DNA from: a virus
Lineage: Duplodnaviria > Caudoviricetes
DNA: 28,794 nucleotides
Virus record (IMG/VR): IMGVR_UViG_3300016476_000766
Location: 1 to 28,794 of that record
Direction: 5' to 3' (one strand)
Below are positions 25,341-28,794 of this stretch, one piece after another. The notes below the pieces were generated by a model that did not search any database, was not told the origin of the DNA, and saw only the letters and a list, made by a program, of their open reading frames with translations. A program made the position numbers and the translations under genes. The stretch's first letter is position 1. Every line of letters starts with the position of its first letter.

Positions 25341-25648
25341 ACACACAAACAATCGCAGAAACAATCGCCGCACTAAAAGCACAAATCGTGTTCCCATCCG
25401 AACACTCAATCGCAGACGACGCACGCAACGCACTCAACTACATCAAACAACTCGAAACACAAAACACAGTGCAACGAGAACTCATCGAACAACTCACCGA
25501 CGAAACAGACACCGACGTCATGGTCAACCTCATCGGCGACGTCGAACGATGGCGCGACGCAATGGCAAAAGTTCTCTACCTGCTCGAACTACAACCAGAA
25601 ATCGCACGCAACATCGTCACCGAAACAGTCAACGTCGACAAATACTGA
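25337..25648 (+). CDS. Hypothetical coiled-coil protein
   Basis: GGAG RBS; ATGA coupling. Confidence 0.65.
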   Translation: MNTQTIAETIAALKAQIVFPSEHSIADDARNALNYIKQLETQNTVQRELIEQLTDETDTDVMVNLIGDVERWRDAMAKVLYLLELQPEIARNIVTETVNVDKY

Positions 25649-25680
25649 CCGCCAACATGACAAACACAAACGGGACACTC

Positions 25681-27846
25681 ATGAACGAAACACTCGAACA
25701 TGCACTCGGATACGCCGAACGAGGCTGGCGAGTCATACCCATCAAACCAGGCGAAAAACGGCCACCCATCACCGCCTGGCAAACCGCCGCAACCACCAAC
25801 CCCGACACCATCACCGAATGGTGGACCGGCCCCTACCGCAACCACGGCGTCGGCATCGCCACCGGCGAAGAATCAGGCGTGTTCGTCATCGACATCGACC
25901 TCACCGACGAAAAAGACGGCTACATCACAATCGAACACCTCGAAAACAAACACGGACCACTACCAGCAGGACCACGCGCCCTCACCGGATCCGGCGGACT
26001 ACACATCTTCCTCACCAACCCGCCAAACACCACCATACGCAACGACGCCGGAAAAAAACTAGGCACCGGCATCGACATACGAGGCGAAGGTGGACAAGTC
26101 GTCGCCGCACCAACAATCCACCCCAACGGCACCACCTACCAATGGCTCGACGGATCCGACGAAATGGCAGTACCCGACGCACCCCAATGGCTACTCGACC
26201 TACTCACCGAAACAACACCAGCCACCAGCAACAACAACAACAACGACAACGACAACATCGCCAACGACGACACCTACTCGGCAGCCGCCAACTACAACCG
26301 ACGAACCAACTGGCACGACCTACTCACCGCCGACCAATGGACCTACACCGGCCAAGACACCAACGGCGAACACTACTGGGTGAGGCCAGGAAAAGACCCA
26401 CGCGACGGCACCTCAGCAACCATCGGACACCAAGGCCGCGACGCACTCACCGTCTTCACCACATCAATCGACTGGCTCCCACCAGGCACCTACTCACGCT
26501 TCGGCTACTACGCCAACCGACACCACAACGGCGACCGATCAGCAGCAGCACGCCACCTACGCGACCTCGACTACCAACCCGTCGAAACATTCCTCGACCA
26601 ACTCCCCACCATCACACCAACCGCACACACCACCGACAACCACGACACCAACCGAACCGAACTCGCCCACCTCATCAACTGGAACAACTTCTGGAACAAC
26701 GACCACACCGACGAAAACTGGCTCGCGTACCCACTCATCCCACAAGGACGCGCCATCTCACTCTTCGCACCCGCCAAAGCAGGCAAATCCACCGTCGTCC
26801 TCGCAGTCGCAGCAGCAGTCGCCACCGGCAAACCCATCCTCGGACTCAAACCAGTCCAACCAGTCAACGTCCTCTACCTCGACTACGAAATGACACAAGC
26901 CGACCTGTACGAACGCCTCATCGAACTCGGATACGGACCCGACGACAACCTGCAACAACTCCACTACGCACTCCTCCCATCACTACCCCCACTCGACAGC
27001 ATCGAAGGCGCACGCGCAGTACTCACCCTCGTCGACCAAACCAACGCCGAACTCGTCATCGTCGACACCTTCGGACGAGCAGTCCAAGGCGACGAAGACT
27101 CCGCCGACACCGTCCGAGCCTTCTACCGACACACCGGCCTCACACTCAAAGCACGCGGCGTCACCTACCTGCGCACCGACCACTCCGGCAAAGACGTCAA
27201 CAAAGGCCAACGAGGCTCATCAGCCAAAAACGACGACGTCGACCTCGTCTGGAAACTACAACGCACCGACACCAACAGCGGACAAGGCATCACCCTCACA
27301 CGCACACACTCACGCATCTCATGGGTACCCGAAACCGTCAAAATCGTCCGCCACGAAACCGACACCCACACCGACTACCGCATCGACAACAGCGAAACCC
27401 GCTACCCCGACGGAACCGCGTTCGACAAAGAAGCACTGCAAGCCATCGGCATCACCCACCACGACAGCCAACGCACCGCCGCCGAAAAAGCCAAAGCCGC
27501 AGGACTCGACATCACCGTCAAACGCATCCGCAACGCCATCAAAATGCTCAAAGAACAAGCACGCCAAATCGACCCACTCGAACAAATTCACAAACGCACA
27601 AGCGCGACGTCGCGGTCAAAACCCACCGCGACACACCACCGCGACGTCGCGGTCGACCAAAACGGCGTCGCGGACGTCGCGGCCAAGGGACACAAGGCGT
27701 CGCGCAGAAACGACGAAACGTCGCGGTACGAAGCGAGTGCCCGTCGCGGTGTGCGTCCTATTAAAAGGACGCACCCGTCGCACCAACAAAACAACAACCA
27801 AAACACACCACCAACAACCAACCCACTCGACATCTTCGGCACCTGA
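25681..27846 (+). CDS. Bifunctional DNA primase/polymerase fused to AAA_25 (RecA-like) helicase
   Basis: ALGYAERGWRVIPI, GIATG, VIDID, TGSGGLH, IDIRGEGGQVVAAPT; Walker A APAKAGKS, YLDYE, Walker B VIVDT, DHSGK, RGSSA; alternative start 25657. Confidence 0.92.
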   Translation: MNETLEHALGYAERGWRVIPIKPGEKRPPITAWQTAATTNPDTITEWWTGPYRNHGVGIATGEESGVFVIDIDLTDEKDGYITIEHLENKHGPLPAGPRALTGSGGLHIFLTNPPNTTIRNDAGKKLGTGIDIRGEGGQVVAAPTIHPNGTTYQWLDGSDEMAVPDAPQWLLDLLTETTPATSNNNNNDNDNIANDDTYSAAANYNRRTNWHDLLTADQWTYTGQDTNGEHYWVRPGKDPRDGTSATIGHQGRDALTVFTTSIDWLPPGTYSRFGYYANRHHNGDRSAAARHLRDLDYQPVETFLDQLPTITPTAHTTDNHDTNRTELAHLINWNNFWNNDHTDENWLAYPLIPQGRAISLFAPAKAGKSTVVLAVAAAVATGKPILGLKPVQPVNVLYLDYEMTQADLYERLIELGYGPDDNLQQLHYALLPSLPPLDSIEGARAVLTLVDQTNAELVIVDTFGRAVQGDEDSADTVRAFYRHTGLTLKARGVTYLRTDHSGKDVNKGQRGSSAKNDDVDLVWKLQRTDTNSGQGITLTRTHSRISWVPETVKIVRHETDTHTDYRIDNSETRYPDGTAFDKEALQAIGITHHDSQRTAAEKAKAAGLDITVKRIRNAIKMLKEQARQIDPLEQIHKRTSATSRSKPTATHHRDVAVDQNGVADVAAKGHKASRRNDETSRYEASARRGVRPIKRTHPSHQQNNNQNTPPTTNPLDIFGT
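27602..27783. repeat. CGTCGCGG iteron-like cluster plus hairpin, candidate replication origin
   Basis: Six exact copies (27608, 27645, 27666, 27675, 27719, 27742) plus variants and inverted copies; hairpin GTGCGTCCT-ATTAAA-AGGACGCAC (27751-27774). Confidence 0.6.
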
Positions 27847-27857
27847 AAGGACCACCC

Positions 27858-28346
27858 ATGACCACCACCCGACAACAACAACACCTCATCAACGACACCC
27901 TCCACCGAACACTCACCAACCACCGCCTCCTCCCCACCGCCAACACCAACCTCCGCCACGCACAACCTGGCTACCCCACCAGCGCAGGAAACGGCAACGG
28001 ACCAAACCTCAACGACGACGGCACCCCACCAGGACTCGACCGACACCTCACCGACCCCGTCACCAAAGACCAACAAGAAATCAACAAACTCATCGAACGC
28101 ATGCACACAGACAGCATTCGCCTCAACACCCTCCTCACCAACTGGACCACACACACCGACACAACCCACAACACCAACGGCAGCGACTGCGAAGCATGCG
28201 GAACACACATCACCAAACCCGAACGACTCCGAGCCGGACTCTGCAACGCCTGCCGCATGCACTACCGACGCTGGTGCGAAACCAACAGCGGAGACCGACA
28301 CGAATGGATGTGGCAACGACGCGCAGCAACAGCACAAACAACCTGA
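27858..28346 (+). CDS. Hypothetical protein with C-terminal C4 zinc finger (possible late regulator)
   Basis: AAAGGA RBS; CEACG...GLCNAC..HY. Confidence 0.75.
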   Translation: MTTTRQQQHLINDTLHRTLTNHRLLPTANTNLRHAQPGYPTSAGNGNGPNLNDDGTPPGLDRHLTDPVTKDQQEINKLIERMHTDSIRLNTLLTNWTTHTDTTHNTNGSDCEACGTHITKPERLRAGLCNACRMHYRRWCETNSGDRHEWMWQRRAATAQTT

Positions 28347-28437
28347 ACGAATGGCACAATGGGCACACAAAAAATGCAGAAAAAACACGGCAAGTGCGCT
28401 GCATTGTCACAAAACAATGAGACGATATGTGACACTC

Positions 28438-28474
28438 AGATTCGTGCGCACAAACGCACGAATCTTTCGTCTTT
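28438..28474 (+). terminator. Terminator-like hairpin before HNH
   Basis: AGATTCGTGCG-CACAAA-CGCACGAATCT followed by TTCGTCTTT. Confidence 0.6.
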
Positions 28475-28493
28475 AAAACCAAAGCGCGACACG

Positions 28494-28751
28494 ATGACCC
28501 ACAGTGGAAACGGACGAACATCACGAACGTTCCGCCGACTGCGAGCACAGGTACTGAAAGAATCAGATATCTGCTGGCTTTGCGGACAGTCAGGGTCTGA
28601 CACTGTCGACCATGTCATACCGTTGTCGGTCGCACCTGACTTAGGGGAGACCCTGGAGAACCTTCGTCCTGCTCACCTAAAGTGCAATTCGTCGCGTGGA
28701 AATCGGTTGCGTGATGGTGTGCGGCCGTTGCCGAGTTCGAGGGTGTGGTAG
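28494..28751 (+). CDS. HNH endonuclease (HK97 gp74-like packaging cofactor)
   Basis: CWLCG, VDHVIP, NLRPAHLKCNSSRG; last gene before genome end. Confidence 0.9.
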   Translation: MTHSGNGRTSRTFRRLRAQVLKESDICWLCGQSGSDTVDHVIPLSVAPDLGETLENLRPAHLKCNSSRGNRLRDGVRPLPSSRVW

Positions 28752-28794
28752 CCCGTACACCCCGTTTGTTTTTTTGAGGGGCGGAAAAGTTTAC

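Larger units (their letters stand above)
1..28794 (+). mobile_element. Temperate HK97-fold siphophage genome (actinobacterial host), apparently near-complete, in free (attP-intact) form
   Basis: Complete packaging-head-tail-lysis-integration-immunity-replication-HNH gene order; no host genes; attP has both arms. Confidence 0.93.

Noticed and set aside
26229-26265. (AAC/GAC)n microsatellite as a contingency locus
   Set aside because: Triplet, in-frame, in a flexible linker, and explained by AC skew
25818-27764. 648-aa alternative-frame ORF (and 24611-25648, 27737-28420, N-terminal extensions of 23369, 24235, 24618, 25549)
   Set aside because: Arg/His/Pro/Thr low-complexity; T-depletion of this strand removes stop codons, so long shadow frames are expected

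Overview
The window looks like an essentially complete, non-integrated genome of a small temperate siphophage of an actinobacterial host. Host type is inferred from WhiB, an Rpf domain, an r1t-type holin and leaderless promoters. Almost all genes lie on the + strand, in this order: Zn-finger/Prim-Pol-like gene, terminase, portal, prohead protease, HK97 capsid, glycosyltransferase + methyltransferase, head-tail and tail genes (with a -1 frameshift chaperone), CHAP endolysin, an accessory nucleotide-metabolism block, holin, intact attP (3' half of tRNA-Cys), tyrosine integrase, repressor/Cro-Xis switch, resolvase, WhiB, Cas4-like exonuclease, SSB, a secreted resuscitation-promoting factor (Rpf), primase-helicase, and an HNH next to a probable cos end. 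The best candidate for an undescribed system is a structured small RNA beside attP (18143-18254). Its single-stranded loop is complementary to the ribosome-binding site of the exonuclease gene (17/17 nt, one G-U) and, in two colinear blocks flanking the start codon, to the 5' end of the phage rpf mRNA. Also notable: an overprinted gene inside the glycosyltransferase with an upstream switch-like hairpin, a capsid-leader RNA with two identical internal loops, and an extreme AC/GT strand skew that flips near the genome ends. All assignments were made by eye from motifs; no searches or folding programs were run.
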